DNA from: Raillietiella orientalis
Lineage: Eukaryota
Length of the DNA stretch: 64,000 bases
Assembly: GCA_036172245.1 (NCBI GenBank)
Contig: JAYWIR010000011.1
Location: 124,001 to 188,000, forward strand
Direction: 5' to 3'
The translations under genes were made by a program, and so were the position numbers. Under the pieces are notes generated by a model. It searched no databases, was not told the origin of the DNA, and saw only the letters and a list, made by a program, of their open reading frames with translations. Numbering within the stretch: position 1 is the first letter of the stretch; each line of letters opens with the position of its first letter. Positions 36,832-48,700 of this stretch are shown here, in pieces.

Positions 36832-38795
36832 TGCTCCCCCTTATCCCCCGCTCTTTAGCACCTATTTCGAACTGGTGCTGAGAGCATACAAAGTGACATT
36901 GGCTGCCCTGTTGAGCTCGTGCTCAGGTACGCCGGCCGTGTAGGCGTATGCTGACGATCTTCTGCTCCTGCTGCCCATGTCCGCCCGGCCTCGGCAGTCG
37001 AGGATTTCTTCGACCTGCTCAGCCGTGGAACAGGACTACGGGTGAACAGGACGAAGTCGTCGCTGGTAGCAGTTGGTGCAACATGGGCAGGACGACCTGA
37101 TTGGATCCGCCTGGGGATCCCCACGGAGAGGTACTTGAAGTACGTCGGCGTTCCGTTGGGGGACTTCTACCAGTCAGAAGCCCGGTCAGGTCGTCTCCAG
37201 AAAGTAAAGTCGGCGATCGGCCCGTTCCTGGAAGGCAAGTTTCACTTGCCGGAACGGGCCGCGATGTGGAACGCGTTCGCGGCCCCCCTCCTTCGCCCCC
37301 TGCTTTTTGTTTGCCCCGTACCCCGTGAGATGAAAAAAAGAACAAAGGACCTCCTGCGCATCGCCCTGTGGGGCGGCGGGGGGCCTCGTGTGCCGCTGGA
37401 GGATTTGTGCGCTCCACATCGGGACGGAGGTCTTAGCGTCCTGACGCTGGAGCGCGTGGAAACAGCTGCGGTCGCGTACCCTAGCCATCGCGGCGAAGAT
37501 CTGGAGCACCCCTTGGTGCGTTCCGGCCCGCCTCCTCGCCAGACGTGTGTCCGGGACTGAAGGACTCGCGTCTTTTCTTCTGTGCCCCGGCCGGAAAATA
37601 AGAAGATGCAGCCTTCTCCTGGGACGCATGGCCACCCTGGCAAAGGAGAACGGCTGGATGGCCTGCAGCCCCGCCAACTCGAGAGCATGGCTGGAAGAAA
37701 CAGTTGGAACGTGGGCAAAGTTAAACCAGCCTAGTAGGGAATCCTGGAACCGCCTGCGTCCCGGCATCTACACCCGCTGCACGCTGCGGAACATGATCGA
37801 GTGTCCCGCCAGAAGCACTTGGGTCGCCAGCCTGGCGTGGGGAAGCACTTCGGTCGCCAGCGCCGTGGCCAGGTACCCACTGGCCATGGCGTTGCCCTTC
37901 CTACGAAGGGCGCTTCAAAACAGCCGGAAGCCGAGGTGGCAAGTCACCTGCCGGATAGAGGGCAAGGAGAAGGATTTAAGTGGGTGGACCATGAGGGAAC
38001 TGGCAGACGCCGCGACCCCAAGCGTTGTCCCGCGAGGAATCCAGAGATGGGGCGAGCTGCTTGGCATCCCGGTGGATGACCTAAAGTGGCCCCCGTTGTT
38101 CAGAGACGCATCCACCTTCCCCCTCAAGTGGCAGGAAACGGCGCTGCTGCTGCTGCACTGGGGTCTTCCCTGCGACGCGCGCCCCCCACCACTGGACGTT
38201 GGGGAAGGTGGGACAGAACTGTGCAGTGTGCGGGGAGAAGGAATCCCTCCCCCACCTGTTAGTGGACTGCGCTGCTCTCCGGCCCTTGCGGGAACGTTTT
38301 GCTACGACCCTCCGGATGCCGGTCGGCAGCCCCCCCAGAGACGTTGTACGCCTCCCCTTCGTGCGAGATGCCCTGCCACCAGCCTCAGCCCTGGCAGCGC
38401 TCTGCTGCCTCCGAGGGATTGTGGCAGCGTGGAGCGCAGCCAACAGAGGAAGCAGCGATAGGGACGCCATCCTACACATGGGTCGCTACCTGCGAATCGC
38501 GATCGGCTGGTCCCATCTGGGAGCTATGCAGAGGGACCTCGAGGGCATCCTGGAAAGGATGGACGCTCCCAACAGCGCACTATGATCCCTTCCCGGCCCA
38601 CCCAAGGGTTTCTTTTTTTTTGTTTTCCTTTTTCTTTTTCTTTTTGTTTCCTCCCCCATCCACTCCGCTGCCGAGGAGAGTCAAGCCGGTCTGCGCATCG
38701 GCTTCCCAGCAGGCCCCACGATCTATTGGCCGTAGCGGTGCTTGTACCGCAAATGTACAGAGTTTAGGAATAAATGCCCCGGCGTGACCGGCTGG
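36832..38795 (+). mobile_element. Tx1/L1-like non-LTR retrotransposon, copy B; frameshifted ORF2 from RT domain 4 to the 3' end
   Basis: Contains SPLSPAL/F, AYADDL (about 36944-36961), GLRVNRTKS, LKYVGVPL, DGGL and a CCHC finger CAVCGEKESLPHLLVDC. Stop at 38585, T-rich UTR, AATAAA at 38769-38774. Confidence 0.9.
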
Positions 38796-38799
38796 GAAC

Positions 38800-40035
38800 T
38801 CCCCCTTATCTAATGGTGGAGGTGCTCTTTGCACGGGATTCTCCAGTGCACCACTAGCGTCCCATTCTCGCCCTCTTCGGCAGTGAAGGGGATGGGAGAA
38901 ATAAAAGCGGGAAAGACAAACAAACAAAAAAGGGCGGAAACGTGTTTCTCGGAGAGAGGGGGAGGGGAAATCGAGGACGGGATTGAAGCTCGCTGAGAGG
39001 CGTCCACTACGGTTCAGGATGCCGGCGAGTTTCTCCTGGATGGTTCTCGGATGGGGTCATCTCGTGGGGAGGTCCTCAAGAATATTCTCTTGACCAGTGG
39101 ACGGAGGCCCTTCCTATTCCGGCCCTCTCCTTGCTGCGTTCCAGGCCGCCGAGTTCCCGAAGGGTCGTCACTAGATGATCCCAAAGTGGTCGGTTGACGG
39201 CACAGTCTAGAAGCAGGTGCAGGAGGGTCTCTATTCCCCTGGGACCAGTGGTGGAGGAGCTCTTTGTCCGGGATTCCCCGAAGCGAAACCAGGGCTGCCG
39301 ACTCCTGCCGCTCGATAGGGAGGGTGCCACTGTTCCCGCACGCTGGGGGCCACTTCAGGTGTTTCGGAGAGATGTGAGTAGCTCTCCCCAGCGTATGAGT
39401 CCTGTGGGTGGGACACTCCTGGTTGCAGTGTTCCGTTCGCTTCCGTGTTGTCCAAGCACCCCAGAAGTTTCCGCTTGCGCTCACATCACTCTCCACCTGC
39501 CAGGGTCCTCCTTAATATTCTCTTAAAAGACTTGTGCGTTCCGTGCAAGGATGGTGGACTGGACCTCCTTACACTGGGGAGGATGGAGCACAGCCCTAAC
39601 TCAGAAGACTCGCCCTTACCGCGAAGTTTTGCACAACGCTTTGGTGGGCACCTGAACGCCTGTTCACCAGAAGGGCGACCGGCTGCGAAGGGTTCTCGTC
39701 AATTTTCGTGGCCAACGAGACTAGTCTGAGATAATGTGGCCATCAGATGCGTCGGATGGCTGCCTTGGTGCAGAAGAACATCTCCTGCCTCCCCAAGAAC
39801 TGCACTGCCTGACACGAGTCCAAGTCAGGCAACTGAGCTCCAGGAGTATCTTCAGCGTGGAGAAGGATCTACGGCTCGAGCGAGGCGGATTACTGCTGCC
39901 TCCAGAGAGGTAAGCACGCTCGACAGCCCCTGCGGGAGATCGTGTGCAACCCATGCAAACTGCTGTGGCCTCGTTCATCCCCCTTGCCTCAGTGCTGCCC
40001 TCCCTCAAAAACGCTCGAGGCAGCAATGAACCGGT
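38800..40035 (-). mobile_element. Tx1/L1-like copy C/D: 3' part on the - strand (38800-39500) with an inverted upstream segment (39501-40035, + strand)
   Basis: The minus part reads HLKWPP and ETLLHLLLDCAVNRPLWDHL. The plus part reads LKDLCVPCKDGGLDLLTLGRME, matching LEDLCAPHRDGGLSVLTLERVE of copy B. Confidence 0.8.
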
Positions 40036-40054
40036 TGACACCCTGACACGTTAC

Positions 40055-41000
40055 TTATAAATACGAAAAGGAACCTGCCGGGGACTGGCACGCGGGCCAG
40101 CGGGGTTCGCGTCGGCAGCACAGGTGAAGGGGAGACAAACAAAAAGAAAAGAATAAAACAAATATATATATATAATAAAAAAATGGAGGGGTTCGGGAAG
40201 GGATCACTGTTTGCTGAAGGGCGTCCTTGTAAGGATGCCGGTCAAGTTCCTGTTTCAAGACTCCCAGATGAGGTCATTTTGACGCTGTCCTGAGGAAGGG
40301 GACCACAAAATACAAACCGTCCCTGTCGTCCTGACCTCCTCTGACGTTGCTCCATGCTGCCACAATTCCACGTAGGCAGCAAAGTGATTCTAGGGACGCA
40401 GCCGGCTTGAGGGCGACTCGCAAGAAGAGAGGCTTCAAAACGTCTCGGGCTGCTCCGGGGATCCGCAGGGACGCGAAAGCGTCCCCAAAGGGGCCGGAGG
40501 GCAACACAGTCCTTAGAGGAAGTGCAGGAAGAATTCCCACTCCCCGCACCTAGCACAGTTTGGTCGGGTGCACACACCCGTGTGTAGTGATGCCGGCGGG
40601 AGTTGCACGGGAGGCCCCCATGCACTTGCATCAATGCTGACCCCTGCCACTTAAAGGGGAGGGTGCGGGTGTTCATGAGCACCGTGGTTCACTTCAGGTC
40701 TTCCTCCAGAATACCCAGTAACACACCCTAACGCAAAAGTCCATGAGGTCGAGCAATCGAGTCGGGGTCGCAGCGTCGGTGAGCTGGCCCGTCTTCTACT
40801 CGTCCAGTCCTTTCTCCCTTTTCTCCTTTTCGCTGTAGCCTCCGGCAAAGTGGGAAGTAACCTGACTCATTCAAGACAGAAAAAAAGTTTTAAGCTCGTT
40901 GACAACTCGGCAGCTTGCGGACGCTGCCACCCCGATTGTCTCGCCAAAAGTACTTCCACGCTGTGGCGAGCTGCTCCTGATACCTCCGGAGGAGGTGAAG
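40055..41000 (-). mobile_element. Tx1/L1-like copy E, 5'-truncated
   Basis: Reads TLPFKWQGSALMQVHGGLPCNSR, DCVALRPLWGRF and AASLESLCCLRGIVAAWS, followed by a T-rich 3' UTR. Confidence 0.8.
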
Positions 41001-41011
41001 TGTCCACTAGC

Positions 41012-41730
41012 GTGTTGGGACAGTGGCACCCTCCCCCTTAAGTGGCGAGAGGTGGCGTTGCTGTTGTTGCATTAAGGAATCCCATGCAGAGCACGCCTTT
41101 ATCATTGGACACTTGGGAGTGTGGATGCCAATTGCGACAGTTGAGGAGAGAAAGAGACCTTCCCGCACTTATTATTAGAATGTGTCGCCCTCGAGCCCTT
41201 TGGGATAGGCTCTTGTTGATCCTTAAAATCCCAGTAGGCGAGCCCAAAAACATTTTTCCAACGCCTCTTCATGCGTGACGCCCCACCGCCAGCTGCATCT
41301 CTAGCAGTTTTCTGCCGTGTACGCGGAACCGTGGCAAGCTGGAACGCAAGACAACAGCAGGGATACCATCCGCTGGGAGGGAATCTTCTCGAAGACCTCC
41401 TCCCGATGGTCCCACCTAGGACAAAAAAACACAGAACTTGTCAGCGTCCAGAACAGGATGCAGAGGACGTCTCCAGGCGAACCGTGATCCCTTCCCTGCC
41501 TTCCTCTCCTCAAGGAACTGCCCCTTTCTTTTTCTCTCTTTTTTTTTTTTGTGTGTGTGTGTGGTTTTCCCTTTCCCTTCGCCAATGGAGAGGATGTCAC
41601 CGGTCTGCGTACCGGTTTTTGGCAAGTCCTTTGCTCGTGGTAGAACCAAGTGTTCTACTACGAACTTGTAATATTGACGACTTTTATTACAATTTTTTAT
41701 AATAAATGCCCAGGCAAAACCGGGAGACAA
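41012..41730 (+). mobile_element. Tx1/L1-like copy F, 5'-truncated
   Basis: Reads TLPLKWREVALLLLH, RALWDRL and MRDAPPPAASLAVFCRVRGTVASW. Has 3' UTR hairpins and AATAAA at 41701-41706. Confidence 0.8.
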
Positions 41731-42722
41731 ACCTTTCACATTCTCCTGAATGGGAAAATTCATCTAAGATCGGGAAGGAGCACCGCTTGGGTGAGCCTTC
41801 TGGGGACGCGTTGGAGGGGCGAGAGACGAAGTGGAGGGGGGGCTTCATCCAGTCACATCTTCGGTCAGACTCACAATGTCAGAATTGTGGAACGATGCTC
41901 CTGTCCGAAGGTTTTTCAGGGATTCGAAGTTTGGAGGACTCCTTTTTCACCCCCAACAACGAGGTATCCGTAGGGTAACAGGATTCGGAAGGTCTGTGGT
42001 TTCCGGTAATCCTGAGGAAGCGGTCTTCTCGCTCCTGGTGGAGGTCACGAGGACGTGATTTTCCTCTGAGGCTGAGAGGTTCCCTCGCTTTCTGCGATGC
42101 TTAAACTCTGAAAGACAATTCGTCCGCCATCTCTTCGGGTGGTCCCATACGAGTCTTATGCATCCGCGGCATCTGCCTGAACGTGTTGCAGGAGGGATTC
42201 TTCATCGGTGGTTTTGGAACCAGGAGATGAATTTCTCGGAAGAAACGTTAAATGCTTTTTTCCTAAGCCACCAATGAAACAGCTCTCCAGAACTCTGTCC
42301 ATTTCAAGGAGCATTCTTTCGGATGACCAGAGAAAAACGAACTGGTGGTTCTCGGAACCTCTCAATGATCCGTGGCGCTTTCGGCCAATCTCTTTCTGCC
42401 ACTGATGACAGCCACAAAGGAGGCCGGACTCTTCTTTGTCGGTGATGAGGAACTCAACAGCCTCCAGCACATTCATTCCTTGATCTGCTCAACTGACCCA
42501 CACCGCCGTGTCTTTGGATAAGCAGCTACGTTGTTTCATCGCAACAGAAACGCAGGTCTTGGCCCATGATCAACGGTCGACTCAAGATGATCCCGGCTTC
42601 TAAGGGCGGAGCTCGCAAGGTCAGTGGCAGCTGCGTGACTCTCAGAACATGAGGATGCCATCCATTCCATGTTTTGTATTTGCAAAGCTTTTGAACTAGT
42701 GGAGACATCTAATTTGCACTAT

Positions 42723-42780
42723 TCTGTTCTTATCAGCTTAATATATGATACACCACCTATCTGGTGGCCAATACGTTGAA
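42723..42780 (+). pseudogene. U2: Truncated U2 snRNA fragment (stem IIa/IIb region)
   Basis: TCTGTTCTTATCAGCTTAATATATGATAC matches U2 from just after the branch-point-pairing region. It is followed by a stem-IIb-like CCACC-TATCT-GGTGG and CAATACGTTGAA. No Sm site and no intact 5' end. Confidence 0.8.
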
Positions 42781-45700
42781 CCACATGGCTCCAGCATCCA
42801 GAACCACATCAGATGAAGGTGCTGGAGATCACCGCCGCAGCCACAGGTCTCGTTTGCAGGAACGGACGGCGTTCCGCGGAGGACTTCTGAGAAAACTTCG
42901 TTGCAACACTCTGGTTCGCAAAACCAAAGTCTGGGTATGAAAGAAAGGGGACCAGCAGCTGGGGAAAATAAAAAGCGCATCAATCAAGGTCAGCCTAGAA
43001 TCCCGATCGGTCTCCCCCTTTTCATTAGCGAGATAATTGTGGACAAATTTTCCATCTTTACCAACCTTTAGCACACAACAAGGGCATCATAGACGAATGC
43101 GCTGTGCATCTTTCTAGTATCCATGCATGAGGGTGCTATCTGTGGACAAAAGGCATACATATTTTAGTGTTATGTATCATATTACCAAGCTTCTAGCACA
43201 TATGGGAATACGTTACATCATCGATGAACCGTGAAATTAAATTCCATAAGTGAATGACTGGGTAGGCGCTGGAGCCACGCTATCGCAACTGCGACTGCAT
43301 TCAAACCATGCGTCTGTCGAATGAGCACCTCCACGGACTTACTGGAAGAGTTCAGCTGCGTTTGCCCTGCGAACTCTCTTCCGCGACCAGCCGTGGTGCT
43401 GAGCGCAGCTGCCGTTCCGCTTTGCCACATCTCTGGAAGCAGCGGTGGCAGCGGAAGTGGCTCCCAGGGATGTGCCGCCTCTTCCCGTAGTTTCGGGAAA
43501 GTTCCTTTGGCTCACCGCGCGCGCGCGGTGCCGGAAGGCACAGTTGGCAGAACCCGTGCGCGTGCTGCAGGCCTCGTTTCCGCGGAGATGAGGTCTGCAG
43601 ACCCATCCTCCGACGAAAACTCCTCGAGGGAGCGCACGGATGCGTTGTTTCAGATGAGCCGGTGCACCCTGAATGCTGAACACAAAGCACACGCCCGCCT
43701 CCCACTTCGAGGGACACAGCTTGCGGGGGACCAAAAAAGATTCCACTGAGCTGGCGAGGCCGGAGGACCCAGAGGTGCAGATGGCGGCAGTTCCCGAGGA
43801 TGCTAACCGGGGACTCCGGCAGCACGTTTCGCGGTCGAAAGCGAGGGCGACCCAGAAGAAAGTGACGATCACAGGGGAAGCAAGAGGAACCGACAGCATC
43901 AGCTCACCCGTAGCCATGGCGCTGCAAGGAAAAGAGACGAAAATTCCAGCTGCGGCGCTGAATTGCCTGAAGAGGAACCCCGAAAACCAAGTGGACCATC
44001 CTGGAGCGTCACCCGGATTCGTGGCTGTCGGCGGCCGCGCTATCGCTATTCCTCCATCCCACCCGCAATCCCGAGCTTACCCCTCCACCCAGTCCTCTTG
44101 ATGATCACGTCTGGAAGCTCCTGGTACCTCACTCTAGCGTTCGATGTGCCCCGCGGATGGAGCGGCCATAACTCCTGGGAGCACGTTAAAGATGGACTCA
44201 GTCCTTTCCACCCTGTTGCCTGAAGCTCCTGACTGGAACCTACCTCATCCGAGAAGCGGGGGATGGAGCCCAAGATGTTCATTCCAAAGCCTCTTCTCTG
44301 AGGAACTGCACATCTAAACTCCACCCCTCTGGGAATGGCACAAGACGAGAGGAGGAGGTGTGTAGTAACGTGCCTACCCAGGTTCCAACAGCCTCCGAGG
44401 TGGGGGGGGGAAAAAAAAAGATCACTTTCCGCAGCCATGGAGAGGTTGTCATCCGTAGCACAAATACCCACGCAATCTTAATACACGTGCATGTTGAGGG
44501 GGAGTGGGGGGAGGTGCACACGCATGAGCGGCACGTGTTATATCTTAAAGCTGTCCCAATGTCATCCTGATGTGTACCAACTAACGTGATTGGATAACTG
44601 AACGGCACCTTCGACGTCAGCTCAGGCATAAACCGATCCCTGTTATCCTAGTTGAACCCTCTGTGTACTTCAATATCTCATTCTCTTCCGAAGTGACCCC
44701 AAATCCGCTCTCTAATCACGCTATTCCAACGCCTTCTAATTACAAGGATCCCCTAATTTGGAGGATCAAATTAGCCACCTCGTCTACCCTTCGTAACGTC
44801 AATGCAATGCCTCATACCCCCCAATTGGAATTCTCGATAGCATCAGCGTTATGCACCAATTAGATGATGATGCCAGCGCCGCAATATAAAGCCACCATAT
44901 ACACATCATATGTGACGTAATCATATGGCAAACCTGGTGAGCAATGTGATGCTGATGCTTGCAGCAACTTTCAGCACCTCGAATCTCGCGATTCAGTCCA
45001 TCCAGCTAGGGAACGCCTTCCAAGAGCAGGAGCGAGAGCAGCATCTGCGGTTTGCAATTAGCAGGAAAACAAGGGAACTGGATCCAGAAAACGTACGAGG
45101 GGATTCGACAAAGTGGGGGACGGAGAAAGTGAACACGGCAACGATGGGCCATAGGGATCGAGTAGTTCGGCTGTGCGCGCGGTGGAGGAGCATCTCCTGA
45201 CGTCCGGCTGCTGTCGGCGCCGTCTTCTGCGCTGGGGTCATTTAGCGTGGGGGCAGCCGGACGTCCCGGGATGAAGGAAGAACTCGTTGCGCTCCGTGCT
45301 CCGGAGGAGGCAGAGGAACCCATCTGCCGCCGTTGCGTTTGTCTTCGGTTCGTCCCAGAGTCTTCCCGTCCACGCAGGAAAGAGCTGGAACACGACCGCC
45401 TTCCGCCTGCGAACGGTGGAGAGGTCTGGCAGCTGCGGTGGGGGAGGAGATGGAGCCTGAGGCTGTTTCCTAGGCGACGCCGACGGCGCGTTGTTGCAGA
45501 GGCGAGCCAACTCGGAACGGTCGCGCTTTCCGCCGGGCCAGCGCGAATCTCCTCGCGCTCGTTCGCGCGGCGCTGGAGAGGGAGCGTGGCGTCAGAGGGG
45601 GAGGGGTGCAATGGGGTCAGGGGAGGATGGGGGTGCAGGCAGCGGTTCCCCAAGGCCAGGCGCAGCACGAAGGGGGCTGGCTGGCCGAAATCAGGGATTT

Positions 45701-48700
45701 CGGCTGCGCAGGCACGAAAGACACATCAGCGCGGGACCGGCGGTGCCGAGTGACGGCGGAAAAGGGGAAAGAACGAAACCGGGAACGGAGGTGCGCACGC
45801 CTCGCTCGGCACCTTCTGGGGGAGATGGCGCTTCGGGGGGGGGGGGCTTTCTGGGATGCCGAGGCGCGCTCACACACTCTCACGAGTAATTCGGTTGTGC
45901 GCGCGGATAAGGAGCATCTCCTGACTATCGGCTGCTGCTGTCCCGAAGAGTTCGCCTGCCTTCCCTGATACCCCGCGGCTCGATCTCAGTGGTCTCTGCA
46001 GAAATGCTGCAAAGAGACAGCTCTCCCGGTGAGGGGAAGGGAGGAAAGGAGGCAGCGAGACTTTGGTTCTTGTCCTTCGCTCTCAATTCGTTATTTTGTC
46101 GCTCGCGGGGGTCCGTCCGGAGCGACGGCGCAGGCGCTGGAAGGGAGAGGAAGAGGGAGATCCCCTTCCGCACGATGGGAAGACCCCGCGGGTGGCCGGC
46201 TCACCCTGGACCTCTTCGAGCGGGGCAACGCGGGAGGTCTCTACCAAAAGCTGGCGGTGGGTCGGAGAGAGGAGGACGGCCCAGATGGGCAAGAGCGGCT
46301 ACTCCCGCCGAGGCCACGGCTCCCACCCCCTGTGACCCATCATCACAGCCAATTCAAGCCACCGCCGTCCCCGCTTGCATCCTCCCCCCTGTCGCCCTTT
46401 TTATGACGCATCGCTCTGCCGTCCACGAATCGAACGACGTGCCCAGCCATGTGAGCCCTGCGAGCGCGCGGCAGCGCTCACGTGGCGCCGGACTGGCTGC
46501 CGCCCACGCTCGCTGGTTCACTCGGGGGCGCTGCTCCTTCTGACCCATCCAGGGTTCTCTCTGATGGGATCGCGAGGGTCATCAGGAGGCCGAGGAGGTC
46601 CTTCCCGAAGACAGCCTCTACCTCGCTTTCCAAATGGCGACGCGAGCACGGGGGGAGGGCAAAGGTCGCTCCGCGGCGACGCTGCTCGGCTGGCACCCCT
46701 TTCCAACATCACGCTGCGCAGACGCCAATCTCCAGCCACGCCCTCAGAGTCCTCCTGGAGAGTGCTCCGGGAGCCCTTTCCCTTCCCTGGAATCGCCCGA
46801 CAGTTCCCCTCTCTCGTCAACGACGCAGGTGCAGAGAGCGTGGGTGTGCGTGGCGCGTGGGTGTCTGTCGCTCCCTCCACAAAGGAATTGAGCGATGGGG
46901 TGCTTCGGAGCGGATCGTCCGGGAACACGCAGCACAAGCCTCCCTCATCTGTCCGGTTCGTGTTCCTCTCCCAGGCAGGGATGATGCGACAGGCGGGTGG
47001 GAAGCCCCGCCGAGAGGGCGCTCCGGCGAAGGCTGGTCGGCTGGATGCTCGCCCTCGTATTGGCCGAGGGAACCGAAACACAGGGGACCTGGGCATCGTC
47101 TGCGCCACTGTCGCTCGCACCCCTCGATGGGAAGTAGGAACGGCACTGCCCAGCCAGGCGATCTCCTAAGGCTCCCCCAACAGCCCAGGTGATTGTGAGC
47201 TCTGTGGGGTCTTCGTTTGCTCGAAGGAAGCATCTGCGATCGAGCAGGAGAAACACTTTCGCGGCGCTAGATGGGGCGTTCCGATTCCGAGTTCCGACGC
47301 TAGATGGTACCGCTACGAGAAAGGGTCAGCTCCTCAAGGGGAGGGAGGAAGGTTCGCGCTCGTGACGCAACCGACCGGTTAGGATATTGCAAGCGGGGGG
47401 GGGGGGGGGGAGAAAAAAAAACCATCTCTCACCAGATCCGCAGCAACCGGCGAAGGGAAGATTTACGGGGGGAGCCGCGAAGAAAGCTGGGCGAAACTCG
47501 TTGCCGCACGGCGACCCGCCGATGCTGCTGCGACCTGGCGCTCTCTCGCAGGAAGCGCGGCACTGAGGAGGTTGGCCATGCGTGGAGCAGCGGGAAAACC
47601 GACGCCTTTTCTTTTTTTCGTTGTTTTTTTTTTTTTTTTTTTTTTTCCATTTTGTTTTTACGAGAGACGATCCCGGAGCCAGGCACCCCGAAAAATCCAG
47701 GCCACGCAGTAAACGTTGTTGTAAATTTTATGGGGGGTGGGGGGTGCGGCCGGTAAATCATAGGATACCTTTGGAGGGGACTCCCGCTGTTCGGTGTTTC
47801 ACTAGAGTGAGGTGAGGCTTGGATTTGGGTGCGATTTCGGAATCGAGTGAGGGTGGAGGGAGAAGGGGGAAACTCGAAGGTGGTATTTCCTTGTCCGCGG
47901 GGATGAAAAGGGATGCGGAGGTGTGTTTCGTCCGGATGTTATGGTTACGCGATCGAACAAAGGAACTCCAGTCCGACGAGGAGACCGGGGTTCACCCCTC
48001 CCCTCCCTCCCTCCACATGCCGCAGAGGTGGAGGGCGAGCTCGGGAGAGCGACGTGGACTCCCCGATCGGAATGCGACGGGCCCGGACGGCAGCGGAACG
48101 GAGGTGGACGAATCAGCTTACGGCGTTTTCCCTGCCTATGAAGCTCCGCTTTAACATCTTGCGTGATGTGACCCGGGGGGGGGGGGGACAGCGGAGGCGC
48201 GCAGTCTGCATCGCTTGTTCCCCTGGAAGGAGGGCAGCGGAAGTTCCGACTCGGCCTCGACCGCCTGCCTCCAGGGAAACAGCGCAGGGTTCGTGGGCAG
48301 AGGGGAGGGCCACGTGGATGGATGGAGCGCGCGATTCTGGAGAGCACGGGCTGGAGAAGGAGGGTGAGGGCGGCTGGGGTCAGGATGACCTGCCTTGCCG
48401 CGGAGAGGCGCGCGCGGAGCGACGGCTGCCGACCCTCTGGGGAAAAGCGCAGGCTTTCCGAGGGAGAGATCGAGGAAGGAAGAGGCGACGCGCGTCCTCT
48501 TAGCACAGGAGAAAGAAAAGAAAGAAGAAGGTTTGCCGCGTTTCCGGCCTGTGGTCACGGTGCTGCAGTCGGCGGTAGCTTCCGCGGGGCACCGCGGGAA
48601 CGAGCGGGCTGAACCGAAGGGATGTCGGAGGAGAGAACGCACAGTGTGCGCATCATCAATCTGTGCTTGGCTTGCGAGTTCGCACAGCTTCCCAGCGGTT

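Noticed and set aside
44600..44790. Mitochondrial 16S rRNA insertion (CTGTTATCC, GACCCCAA and CTCGTCT in the expected order)
   Set aside because: Matches are only 7-9 nt, spacing is partly wrong and composition is not mitochondrial-like.
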